Positions 37,273 through 49,221 of a DNA stretch of 64,000 nt are shown piece after piece (the stretch's first letter is position 1; each line of letters opens with the position of its first letter). The notes under the pieces were generated by a model. The model was not told the DNA's origin and did not search any database. It worked only from the letters and a program-made list of their open reading frames with translations. Origin of the DNA: Selaginella moellendorffii (Eukaryota; Plantae; Lycopodiophyta); NCBI RefSeq assembly GCF_000143415.4, contig NW_003314322.1, positions 559,430-623,429 of the forward strand. Direction: 5' to 3'. Position numbers and translations under genes: made by a program.

Positions 37273-38390
37273 CTAAGCGCTACTCTTCCAAGCCGAGAGA
37301 GGCAGCGAGGAAGTGAAACGCCATGTATTGGTTATATGGACGTCGCTGTACCTCTCTCCCTTGACGGAATCAACCGAAACTACACTCTCGACCTCGTCGA
37401 TATCTTCCTTGGAGAGAGTGACTCGGAGAGAAGCTCGGTTCTCTTCGAAGTTTTGGAGCTTGGTAGTGCCTGGAATAGGAACAACGTCGTCGTCTTCGTG
37501 TTGGACCCAGGCAAGAGCAAGCTGCCCGGGACTGCAGTTCTTCCTCGCAGCTATCTTGCAGAGCTTCTCGTACAAAATCTTGTTGAACCTTGGAACCGTC
37601 TGTATCAAATAGACAGCGCTTTAGAACTTTACAAGCTTCTTGCAAGAACATTACCTTGCGGAAATCGTCATTGCCAATCTCTTCCACCACAGCCTTCCCT
37701 GAGAAGAAGCCTCGCCCAAGTGGACTATAGCTAACAATGCCAATCCCAAGCTCCCTGAGTTTTACAAGAAAGACCATCTTAATGAATGAAACAGTGAGGA
37801 GAAGTTATCTGCAAGTTGGAATGATCTCCTCCTCGACATCTCGGGTCCAAAGAGACCACTCGATCTGAACAGCGGTGATGGGATGAACCGAATGAGGTCA
37901 ACGAATATCAGCGGCTGATGCTTCCGAGAGCCCCAAGTACTTCACCTTCCCCTCCTTGACGAGCTCTTTCATCGCTCCCACCTTCACGGAGCAATCGATA
38001 TAAGTTAGACACAAAGTTCTATACAACTCTTACCGTGATTTCGATTGGAACTTTGATAGTAGAGATCAATGCAGTCGATCTCGAGCCTCTTCAAGCTGGC
38101 CTCGCAAGCAGCACGAACATGTCCCCCCGAATTCCAATCTTGACATTGCTGTTCCAGTTTCCATCGTGGAAAGCTACTGCAAACTTGGTCGCGATTTGGA
38201 CCTTGTCCCGAATTCCTTTGATCGCCTGCCACGAATTAGTGAGAACTTCCACACACTTTCATCGATTGCGTTTACCTTTCCACGTTGGTATGCGGTCCAT
38301 AGACATCAGAAGTGTCGAGAAAAGTGACCCCCGATCCAACAGCCTTGCGGATGAAATCGCTCAGGCTTTTTAACATTGATGGACATTCCC
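37273..38390 (-). pseudogene. Aldo-keto reductase pseudogene (paralog of 2816-4074)
   Basis: The 3' exons are intact, but a frameshifting deletion removes HRVDP after LYYQ and exon 1 is deleted/frameshifted. Confidence 0.8.
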
Positions 38391-38588
38391 GAGCGGACAC
38401 AAGACTTGCATATATTTACATGGAGAAAATGAAAAAGTAGTAGTTAGGGGAAACAGAGTATGTCGTTTAACTAGAAAACTAACATGGTATCGGAGCAAAC
38501 GATGATCTCATGGGCAAAACAAGACCACGCAGCGAGCAGCTAGATCGCGTGACCACTCGCAGAAGAAGAGGAAGGGAAAAATCTGTGC

Positions 38589-38688
38589 NNNNNNNNNNNN
38601 NNNNNNNNNNNNNNNNNNNNNNNNNNNNNNNNNNNNNNNNNNNNNNNNNNNNNNNNNNNNNNNNNNNNNNNNNNNNNNNNNNNNNNNN
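38589..38688. other. Assembly gap (100 N)
   Basis: Run of n. Confidence 1.
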
Positions 38689-38809
38689 GTTGTGGTCATT
38701 TCTTCTACAATTTCCAGCACGCTCCAACCCTGATCTTGAATGAACTTTTCTACAGCACGGATTTTTCTTCTTCTGCTGCAGTCGAGTGGTCACGCGATCT
38801 AGAGTCCTT

Positions 38810-39378
38810 GAAAATGCATGATCTTCACTTATCTCAAAACTTTAGCTGATTATGATTGAAAGACTTTAGGTTGAACCGATGAATTGAGAAACTTCAACTT
38901 GAGCTAGTAGAGGAAAGCTCCTTATTAGTGAAATCGTTGGAGTCCAAAAGTGGTAATGAAGTAACTGTGATGCATGACTAGTCTCAATGTCAGAAAACTG
39001 ATGCATTTTCGCCTGAAAATTCGTTCCTGAACTTCCTCGAAAATGCATGATCTTCGCTTATCTCAAAATTCTAGCTGATTATGATTGACAGACTTTAGGT
39101 TGAAGCGATGAATTGAAAAACTTCAACTTGAGCTAGTAGAGGAAAGCTCCTAAATCGTTGGAGTCCAAAAGTGGTAATGAAGTAACTGTGATGCATGACT
39201 AGTTTCAATATCAGAAAAACTGATGCATTTTCGCCTGAAAATTCGTTCCTGAACTTCCTCGAAAATGCGAAAACTTCAACTTGAGCTAGTAGCGGAAAGC
39301 TCCTTATTAGTGAAATCGTTGGAGTCCAAAAGTGGTAATGAAGTAACTGTGATGCATGACTAGTCTCAATATCAGATT
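38810..39378. repeat. ~230-bp tandem repeat, about 2.5 copies
   Basis: A unit starting GAAAATGCATGATCTTC.. recurs at ~38810 and ~39040 and, with a deletion, at ~39261. Confidence 0.9.
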
Positions 39379-39699
39379 TCAAGTCATCATTTTGGAGGTT
39401 TCATTCTTTTACAAAGTTTTGGACAACGTCATCCTCTTGGTGATGTACCCAAGTTGCTGGACTGAACTGCTTCCTGTGCAAATAGATGACCGTTTTGAAA
39501 TTTACAAGATTCAGTTGGAATGATCTCTTCTACATCACGGTCCAAAAAGACCACTCGATAGACTGGTGTTGCTATATTTGTAGATGAGCATAAATCTAGT
39601 TGGAATGACCTCCTCCACATCACGGGTCCAAATGATCTCCTAGGAAAATCATTTGATATCTAATCCGTCAACCGCTACTGTAGCGGCAGGAAGGAGTTG

Positions 39700-41216
39700 A
39701 GGATGCAAGGGAGGCGGAGCTGGAGCCAGGACGTGTGGCCCGGCGTGTGGATGTCCGCCAGCGACAAGTGTGTCATCGGCGCCCAGACCTCGGGGCTGCT
39801 CATCGTCTTCCGCCTCGTCTCCTTCGTCGGCTACTGCCTGTGGTGGGTGCTCTCCAGGCTGTGGAGTGGGGGGATTATGTCCGACACGGACAGCTCCCGG
39901 ACGGACAGGAAAGCCGGGCACCGGAAAGGCGACGATGGGAGTGGCCAGGAGAGCAAAGTTGACAGGGTGAGGCGCAAGGCGGAAGAGAAGCGGCTGGCTA
40001 GGCTAGAGAAGTAACAGATGGAGGCCGAGGAGAGAATGCAACGGGAGGAAGTAGCCAGGCTTGTAGACGAGCGCAGAAGGCAGAGGGCCGATGCTCAGAA
40101 CGACAATAAGATGGCTGACGAGGGCGGGAGTAGTGAGGCCCAACGCCGGAAACAGGTGAAAGCCCGGTCACGAAAAGCAGTTGATGAAAGTCAAGGCGTC
40201 GGTGTTGAAAAAGCAGGACAAGCATGTTGTGTCCGCGACGGCAATAGCTGGTACCACCTCGTCAAGCAAAGCGAACGCAAATGAAGGAGTAAGCCATCCG
40301 CGTGGAACCGGATCTCTTGGGCGTGGGGTAAAGGAAGTGGCACAAGGATACCAAGCACCACCAGAGTATCAGTGAGGTTCGTAACTTGTTCGTAACTTGT
40401 TCTTCACACTCCGTTGCTTTCAAGTGACACGGGGAATCGTTGTCTGCTCAGGTCCAAGGCTTGGATGCTTCAACTAGCACATCTCCTGACGTCGACGGCG
40501 TCCCGCCATCGCCATCGCCATCGCCATCACCTGCTCTAGTTGAGGCTGATCTCCAAGCGCTTCACGACAGTGCTTCCTTGACTAGTCCCCGCTCGTGCAA
40601 GAACGAAACCGCCGGCCTGTCACCAGTCGACGATTGTCTTCCTCCTCCTTCCCCGTCCCAGTCCATCTACTCGACGTTCATGGCCAGTGTTCCAGTCTCA
40701 GATGCACAACCGGATTATGACGGATGGGTGGCTAGTGACTTGGCTCCCAAGTCGACGTGGAAAATGTGGGAGGCACCCAACCTCGATCTTCCAAGGCTTA
40801 CTCAGTGCATCAACGGCGTGGATCCAGTGTCGTCCCAGCCCAGCAGTGACCTGACATCGTCATTCCTAAGCAGCGGCCCGGTCGGCATCGTCCCGAGCGT
40901 CCCCATCACCAATAACCTGTGGTCCAACTATCATGCATTCTTACAAGTGCCAATCATGGGTGAGTTTAAGGCCACAAGACCAAGTCGTTGCCCATATGTG
41001 GCATCTGGCACGACCTTGGTGACGACGTCCCTATCAGCTGCTTTGGTACAGGTTCAAAGGTGGAGCTCATCTTTGAATGCCCCAAGAACATTTTCTCATG
41101 GGCTCTTTCCAGTTGACCACGACTTTGATCCTCCTCCTGGTGGAGATACCCTCGGAAACTCTTCGGCGGAGATAGACTTGCGATGGAAATGCTGCTGCAG
41201 AGGGAGGGTCAAATAA
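39700..41216 (+). pseudogene. Pseudogene fragment of a plant coiled-coil ('NST1-like stress response') family protein
   Basis: RRKAEEKRLARLEK*QMEAEERMQREEVARLVDERRR.R with an in-frame TAA at 40012-40014. It lacks an N-terminus and is followed by a Ser/Pro-rich ORF. Confidence 0.6.
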
Positions 41217-41482
41217 CGTCAACGAACTTGACCGGTCAGAGACGGTCAAACATAAAGTCAACGGACTTCCCGAGCCGTCATCTTCGTGAACATTATCTCA
41301 AGGAGGTCACATGCTGGCGAGATCAAGTTGAAAGAGATCAAGTTGCGAAAAGTATTAAGTTAATTTTGGAGCTTCTCGTTCCAACAGCTGGAAGAACCTC
41401 GTGTCAGGTGGAATGAATGCGATCCCGCTTGACCTAATTTGGGTATTTGGTAGGGTTTTTGGAACTCGCGATCGATCGATCC

Positions 41483-42403
41483 ATGGCGCTTGCTGCTGCG
41501 ACGTCATCGGCTCTGGCGGGGAGGATCTCGCTGCTCCCGTCGCTCCCAGCTCTAAGCGAGAGATCGAGCATCAGGTGCGATTTCCACCAGCAGCAGCAGC
41601 AGCAGCAGCAGCGGCGGCGGAGGCGGAGCCCGGAAATGCTGGTGCTGAGAGCGACGGGAGGGGGAGGGGAGAGTGTGGAAGTGGAGCAGAAGGAAACGAT
41701 CCTCCCGTCTGGCGAGTGGCCCGAGAATTTCTCCATGCTCAACTTCGAGGATCTCACCGTGCACTTGGAGCCATCGCTGTTTAAAGCCGAGGTTTGTATT
41801 GCATTGCTCCTTGTTTTGCTGGGTAGACAAATTCCTTTCTCTTCCAGGCTCAGCCATCTACATTTCTCGCGGATGTCATGTCCAGGGAGCTCATCACAGC
41901 TTCTCCGGACGCGCTGCTGGAGGAGGTCGATCACCACTTCTCGCATATCTCCGGGCTTCCGGTGGTGGACAAGGATTTTCACTGCGTTGGTGTTCTGTCC
42001 AAGAAGGATAGAACCAAAGGCTCTAAAGGGGTACGTACCACGATTGCATTGTAGATTTGACAAGGTTCTCTTTTAATCGTTTCTCCAGCTCAAGACGCCT
42101 ATTCGGGAAGTGATGAGCTCGCCCGCGATCACCTTATCTGCTGACAAAACTGTGTCCGGTCAGTCTAGGTTCTTTCTCACAAACGAAGAAAGAGTTTAAT
42201 CTATTTCTTCTGCGACTAACACCGAAAGTACAGATGCTGCCGTGTTCATGCTCAAGAACAAATTTCATCGGATTCCTGTTGTAAACAACTCGAACCAAGT
42301 CATTGGTAATATATTCTCCCGTCGCGATCTCGCTAAACTCTTGAAATTTCCAGGCATTGTCACGAGAACTGATATCTTCACAGCAATGGAGGGAGGATCA
42401 TAG
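41483..42403 (+). CDS. Plastid-targeted CBS-domain-pair protein
   Basis: Transit-like N-terminus, PSGEWPENFS, ISGLPVVD, VMSSPAITL, HRIPVV and GIVTRTDIF over 5 exons. Confidence 0.9.
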
Positions 42404-42566
42404 CGATGATACTTCGTAACTTACAAACCCGTAAATAAAACAGTTTGCAAAATAAGTTTTCTACGGATTAATCATTAACACCTTGGATAAGTATATTTTT
42501 CATATTAGGAAAGCATATTCGATTTTACAAAGTTCTGGTTAGGGCAACGCGATTTTGAGGACAGCT

Positions 42567-43471
42567 ATGGCGGGCGACGAAGAGATCGTGAACATGAGGG
42601 AGCCGGACTATACTCCCGCCAGCATCTATGAGATCGATGTTAGGGTATTCTTCCTCCATCCAACTCGCGTTTGTTTTCATAGATCGATTGGTGATCACAG
42701 GACAAACACGGCCAAAAAGTTTCCATGAGCAAATACAGAGACAAGGGTCTTTTGATCGTCAATGTCGCCACAATGTCGTGCGTATCTCCTGTTCTCGATT
42801 GATTGCATTTTCCATTCCTCATATGATCCATCCAGGGCGTTTGCTTCAAGCATGTACAAGGAGCTCAACGAGCTCCACGTAAAATACGTGGACGAAGGTT
42901 CTTTTGATCTTGTGTTTCTTTCTCTGGGATCCTCCAAACTATAGCTTCGATTGCAGTCGTGATTCGCCAGGGCTAGAGATTTTGGCATTCCCGTGCAACC
43001 AATTCGCTGCGCAAGAGCCACTCAGGACGGAATATCTTCAAGAGACAGTCTCTTCTCGATTTGGGCCACACTTCCCACTCTTTGAAAGGGTACGAGAGAT
43101 TTCTCACTGAGAATAGGATCCAATTCGAACACTTGATCGAGAATTTTGACGATGTTTGATCCACAGGTGGATGTAAATGGCCCAAACACCGCAGTTCTCT
43201 TCAGGTACCTCAAGGACAAGAGCGATGGCGATCGAATTCGCTGGAATTTCACAAAGTTTTTGATCAATCGAACTGGTGGAATTGCTGGGAGATACGCCCC
43301 TCACATACCACCATACAAATTGGAGGTTGGTTCTTCCCATTCTAGCATTTCTTCATCAATTTTCTTTGACATCAGGAAGATATCAAGAGCCTCTTGGCTG
43401 TGGAGCTCCCATTTGAGGAAGAAAAGAGAAAGAATGCCCCCGAGGAAGAAGAACAGGAGGAAGAACCCTAA
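42567..43471 (+). CDS. Glutathione peroxidase-like protein lacking the peroxidatic Cys
   Basis: LLIVNVATMS, LEILAFPCNQFAAQEP, FPLFERVDVNG, IRWNFTKFLI and RYAP, in a 6-exon plant GPX layout. Confidence 0.9.
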
Positions 43472-43550
43472 AACGTTTATAATGTAGGAGGGAAAATGGC
43501 GCACGTGGAAAATGCGCCAGTGGAAGTAGTGTTTTTAGGGTTCTCAGGCT

Positions 43551-45147
43551 ATGGCATGCGGTCAGAGCCGCCTCAATGGCTGCTACATCGATTCCTTCCA
43601 CCAGCACCATCGGCATCAGGGTGTGGCATTCTCGCGGCCGGCATTTGGAGCTCGCTGCAAGCTCGCACCTAGATTTCCCAAGAAAGCGCTGGCGGTGGAT
43701 GTGCGCCAAAATGCGGCCACTGACACGCAGGAGCAGCAGCAGCGAGCCCCGCTCGAGTGTAGCCAGGACGTGATCGATGCCGAGGCGAGGCTGTTCGTCC
43801 ACACCTATGATCGAGTTCCAGTCGCATTTGTGAGGGGGCATGGATGCAAGCTCTACGACATCGATGGGAAGGAGTACTTGGACATGGCGGCCGGGATCGC
43901 TGTGAATTCCCTGGGGCATGGCGATCCACTGTGGGTGAAAGCCATCTTGGAGCAGGCTACCACGCTCGCGCATGTCAGCAATGTCTATCACTCCTTGCCT
44001 CAGGTATGGAATTCTTTCTCTTTTTTTTTCTTTTCTCTCGATGTGTTTGCATGGGAGAGATCCAAGAGAAGTTCTTCTAAAACTTCGTTCATGGTTCTTC
44101 CAGGTGAGACTCGCAGAGAGATTGGTCCAATCCTCCTTCGCAGATCGCGTCTTCTTCTCCAACTCTGGCACCGAAGCCAACGAGGCCGCGATCAAGTTTG
44201 CGAGAAAGTACCAGAGGGTGAAAGCCAAAGAGAAGAGCGACAAGCAGGCATCGTCTCCTCTCGTGGAGGATCCCATCCCGACGGGCTTCGTTGCCTTCTC
44301 GAACAGCTTCCACGGGAGAACTCTGGGAGCGCTGGCGCTGACGAGCAAGGAGAAATACCGCGCTCCGTTCGAGCCGATCATGCCCGGGGTCAAGTTTGTG
44401 GAATTCGGCAACTTGGAAGCCGCCGAGAAGATCGTCCAGCAGCAAAGAACCGCGGCGGTTTTCGTAGAGCCGGTCCAGGGCGAAGGTGGTGTCTATCCAG
44501 CCATTGGCCATTTTCTCGAAGGCCTTCGAGCGCTTTGCTCCAGCACTGGAACTCTCCTAGTGTTTGACGAGGTAAGGTTCAGCACTCTTTTTTTCTTTCG
44601 CCAACTTTCCAAAAACTTCCAGGTTCAGTGCGGTCTAGGCCGAACCGGAAAGCTCTGGGCGCACGAAGCATACGGCATAGAGCCGGATATCATGACTCTG
44701 GCCAAGCCGCTAGCTGGGGGCTTACCGATCGGAGCGGTGCTCGTGACTCAGGCAGTAGCGGACGCCATCGTTCCAGGCGATCACGGCAGCACTTTTGCGG
44801 GGAGTCCTCTGGTGTGCAGCGCGGCTCTGGCGGTTCTAGATCGGCTGCAAGAGCCCGGGTTCCTGGACAGCGTCGCGAGCAAAGGCAACCATCTGCGAGA
44901 GCTCCTGACGCGAATGCTGGCACCGTTTCCGCACGTAAAGGAAGTTCGTGGTGCCGGGCTGCTGGTTGGGATTCAGCTGGACGTATCGGCGGCGCCGCTG
45001 GTGGCAGCGGCTCGCAGCAAAGGGCTGATCGTCTTGACGGCGGGGGCCGGGGACGTGGTGAGGCTGGCGCCGCCGTTGGTAATCTCGGAAGCGGAGCTGG
45101 AGCAGTGTGCGGAGATCCTTGTCAGCTGCATTTCTTCATTGGATTGA
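43551..45147 (+). CDS. Acetylornithine aminotransferase (ArgD/WIN1-like), organellar
   Basis: [51 protein letters not shown] and [12 protein letters not shown] (PLP Lys); 3 exons. Confidence 0.95.
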
Positions 45148-45473
45148 ACAAGTTTGTTAGGATTATAACGATCAAACTGCGCGAGTTCTTGATAGTGACT
45201 GTGTTTTGCGATTTCTCGCAATCGTGCCGACTTAAAAAAGATCTAAGCTCAAGACATAAGCCAATTTACCTATCTATCAATTCTCGGGTCAACTCAAAAT
45301 AACAAAATATTTCCGAATATTCTCTGTCAGTCAGGACGTTGCTATTATGAAGAACCATATTCCTAGGCAATTAAGGATCATGGTCGGGATTCTCAATACT
45401 GCATGCTGCGGAAAGGCAAGTCTATGAGCTTGATATATTCTATGGCGGCTCTAAGGTCTAGGGCTAAGGTTTC

Positions 45474-48400
45474 ATGGAGTTAGATGCCGACATGCCTGAT
45501 CGAGGCACTACGGTGCGGTCGTTTCTTGAATCTCAAATAGCCGGGAAACCGGCCGTGATTGATCGGGCTGTGCAAAGCCTGGAATCAAAGGGCTACGAGT
45601 TTGTGGGGGAGTTGAAAAATCTCACATACGACGAAGTGATCCAGCTAAGGGTGCCTGTCTTTGCTGCTAAGAAGCTTGAGCCGCACCTCAAAGTGCCAGG
45701 TATGTCTTCTCGCGCTTCGCGTTTGTTTGTATGGCTATGACTGTTGTGTTCTGCCTGTCCTATGCCCCTTGTTTTCTCTTTGATCCATGTCGGCTAGAGT
45801 GTTGCCAAGAGTTTGAAAAAGGTCTTTGTCTCATGTCTTTGGCTGTGTGTATGCCTTCGGTTTCTTTTGGAGATTGTCTCTGCGTGTTTGCCTCAACAAT
45901 CTATAGAGTATCTTGCCTGGCTCTTTGGGATCTTGGCTTATGAAATCTGACGTCTTTTATCCATGCCTTCTAACGCACAGGTAAGATGCTATCGCTTGAT
46001 CTTTTGTCTGACTGCATCGTTTGTCGTTCCTTCTAAACACGATTTTTTTGTAATTTTGCAGCGGCGAGAAGAGAGGCCATTACCAAAGGTACTGAACGCC
46101 TGCTCGTCCTTTATCAATAGTGTTTGTTTTGCAGGGTATGTGGAAGCTATACTACAGAAGTTTGGGGATCAACTCTCGGGCACTATTTCCAGCATGACCC
46201 CTGAACACGCGTTCAAAAGAAAGTTCCCGCTCACCAAGGTTCCAATTTGCCAGATACCAGTTTCGGGAGGTTGGCAACCGAGTCTTTTGTGGCATGATCT
46301 GGAGCAGCCTCTTGGTTCTGGAAGGATTCTTTCATTGATTAAAAGATCCAAGCCCAGTCTTTTGATTCTATTCGGCATCTCTGGATCCGGAAAGACACGT
46401 TGCTTATACGAGATTGCGGTGCAGCAGACCTGTCTTTACTTCTCCGGCGTGTGTTCCGGTTCTCCTACTGCTGATGGCTCCCGGGACCTGTTGGTTGTGT
46501 CCGAGACACTGCAGAGGCTGTATCCAACAGGCCCGATTCCCGTTTCATCCCTCAAGACCTGTTTGAGGGCGGTGATCCTGTCAAGGCTTTTCATTCACCG
46601 CAAATGTGACGACCTCCTCAAGCCACTCAGCAATTTGACATTTCTTTTCAAGCAGGTTATGCACCGGCAGCTCAACTATATTCAGGCTGACCCTTGGGCC
46701 TATTTAACCGGGTGCATCTTGACGTTGGCGGAGTCAGCACATGATCTTCCTGCATTGGAGTCTGTGTTGAGCGAGATGCTGTATGAGTACACCTGGGACT
46801 GGCCGATTGTTTTGGACGAGTGCCAAGAGGTGAACACATATCTGAAAGACAGGTTCATGACAGGGGATGGGGAGACGGGCAGCCTTAGACGATCAATGCT
46901 TGATACGTTTGTTATCGCTCTACAGGATGCTGGGTTCAAAAACACAGTAATCTTTGCTGGGACCGGGAGATCACTATTTCATGTGGCCACTCACGTCTCC
47001 GAGGTATATTGTATGTGTTCCTGCGTTTCATGAATCATGGCTAATGTTTGCGTCCATAGACTCTGAAACACCGTGCGAGCATCTACTGGTATACATCCTT
47101 TGGCGAGTTTCGGGATGGTGAGTCCCTGAGGCAATATGCTAGCAATGTGCTGGAGGATTGCAGCGTCATAGACTTTGAGAGGCTCGGGGTGCTGTACAGA
47201 GGAAGATATCGGGCGTTTGTTACTGCTCTTGAGCTCTATATCCTTTCTAACCCGCCTGCAGACGCAGCTACAGGGTTTTTCTTGGATTATGCCAAAAAGA
47301 CAACATCCATGAGGTACGTGAAATTTCACCAAGCGGCAGAGCTTCTCGACTGATGATTGGAATGCCACAGGGGTGCATCAGCAAGCCAGGAGATACGTGG
47401 AGATATTATGGACACAGTGAACAGGACTGTGCTCGATGATGTCTACCGATTTTTTTCACGAGTCTCGAGCGATGAATTGGCGGCAGCGAAAGCTTTAGTT
47501 CAATCAGTTGTTGCGAACCACTTCTTTGGTACAGGAAAGGTGGTCGTGCTGAATCCAACGTTATCACTGGTGGAGTTTGGACTTGGGAGACTTAGTTATG
47601 AAGGGCACGGGCTGATGCAGTGGGTGTATCAAGGTCACGACGGAATTATTGGGCATGCTGATGCAAGCGAAGGATGCCAAGCTGTAGAGATCTTCGAGCC
47701 ACTGGTTTGTCGTGCCTTGTGGCACTATTTTCAGGAGAATTCCTCCTTGCAACATATCCAACAGCATCATTTTCTGGAGAAGGCCGAATTAAGTGCCAGT
47801 GCCACTGGGGAGGTTTATGAAACTGCCGTTGCAGAGATGATTGGGAAGCATTTAGACAGGAAGTGTCTGGCTGATCTTTTCTCATCGTGGAACACACAGC
47901 CGATTCCTGCTATCTACAACAACACTGCAACTCTTGTCAGGCCTAAGGTTGATCACCTGAACCTCGTTGGGACCGAGACGGAGGACTTCCGTTTAATCGA
48001 TTGGATAAACAGCGTGACTAGCGGTCAAGACAGCTTCTTTACTTTTTTTTCGACGGGCAGGAATAAGACTTGCGGCCCGGACATATGGTGGTTTTTGACA
48101 GTTACGCAATATGCACAACCTGAGCAGGGAGACAAGCTTCAATGCGCTGGAGAACCAAGTAGTGGGGAGCAGGCAGACGATCGTCAGTCAGTGACAACTT
48201 TCATCATATGTGCAGCTCAAATGAAGACTCTCCAGAAAATGGCAAGGGGTGACTATCAGAAGGCTATCTCTTCGTTGGATCTTAACAAGTTATTCTTGCA
48301 CAAGAAGGGTGGTAAAAAGGCTGTGACGAGGAAAGAGGACGACGAAGGTGCGAAGCGAGTGAGGGAACTCGCAAGATTTGGGTGCCTAAAACTTGTGGTC

Positions 48401-48610
48401 ACAACGGATTTTGTAGATTTGACGAAGTTCCAGCCAAAGGCTAAGCAACATCCAGCAAAGTTGAGGAAGTTGAACACTGCACATTGTCAACAAGACTGTG
48501 TTCCAGGAGATGTTCCAGCGTTACTCGGGGTTATTGATAGTACAAACATTTGCATGTTTGATGAGCGATGGTTGATTGAGAGTGTTAAGATTTGTAAGGA
48601 TTCTCACTGA
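45474..48610 (+). CDS. Crinkler/RHS-like protein: SAM-like N-terminal header, P-loop NTPase and PD-(D/E)xK-type nuclease domain
   Basis: Helical ~75-aa first exon, Walker A LILFGISGSGKTR, YF..GS.D, Walker B IVLDECQ, VIFAGTG, GRYR, then GEVYE...GPDI...AQMK. The frame stays open after removing GT-AG introns. Confidence 0.72.
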
Positions 48611-49067
48611 ATAAAAATCTCTCTTAGTGGTTTTTATAAACTATTTAGTATTTTAAAGAACTCCGTTCTGAAAAGCTGCTTTTCACTCTAGAGCCAATGC
48701 CAGGAAGCTGCTCATCTCATGAGATGTCCACTTTAATGAAACTTCATGATATCCTCGTCCAATTCCACTCCTCCTTTGTCAAGGCTGCCACCTTGTTCCA
48801 GTCTTCCAGCAATAACCTATTGTACCACTGTCAGCTCTTGCTTTGCTCGGGCCTCCAGCCTTGCTGAATCCAGTCTATTGTGCTTGATTTCCAAGTCAGC
48901 ACTACACCTGAATGACCTGCTCCCACAAGAAGTGGACTTGAAGGATCTGCAGTGAAAAGTGGAAAAAACAACGTCTCATATATTGTGCGAAGTGAAAAGC
49001 ATTGTCAAGGTCATTTTCAGACTTGCCTAAGTAAAATGCAACTACTCCTTCCACCAAGGGCAAGCAC

Positions 49068-49167
49068 GAGAGAGAGAGAGAGAGAGAGAGATCGATCTTG
49101 CCCTCACCGAAAATGTATGGTTCTATTGGAATAGGTCACCGAAAATGTAGGGTTCTATTGGAATAGG
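49068..49167. repeat. (GA)n microsatellite plus a 32-bp direct duplication upstream of the F-box gene
   Basis: GA run, then TCACCGAAAATGTA.GGTTCTATTGGAATAGG twice. Confidence 0.8.
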
Positions 49168-49221
49168 ACGCTTCAGGTGGGTTTACCTTTTTCCGCGGCT
49201 TATAACCATCGCTCTCTGTAA

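Noticed and set aside
42770-42840. Selenocysteine TGA in GPX
   Set aside because: No plausible splice gives TGA at the catalytic position; the codon reads TCG.
43383-44411. Long antisense ORFs (also 55003-55830, 25866-26510, 27395-28009)
   Set aside because: Shadows of GC-rich sense coding regions with no recognisable motifs.
27302-45147. Amino-acid metabolic gene cluster (CimA, peptidase, ACOAT)
   Set aside because: The pathways are unrelated and the genes are interspersed with VAC14, CBS and pseudogenes.
48660-49030. Possible minus-strand gene fragment between the Crinkler-like and F-box genes
   Set aside because: Exon-like but has several stops and no recognisable homology.
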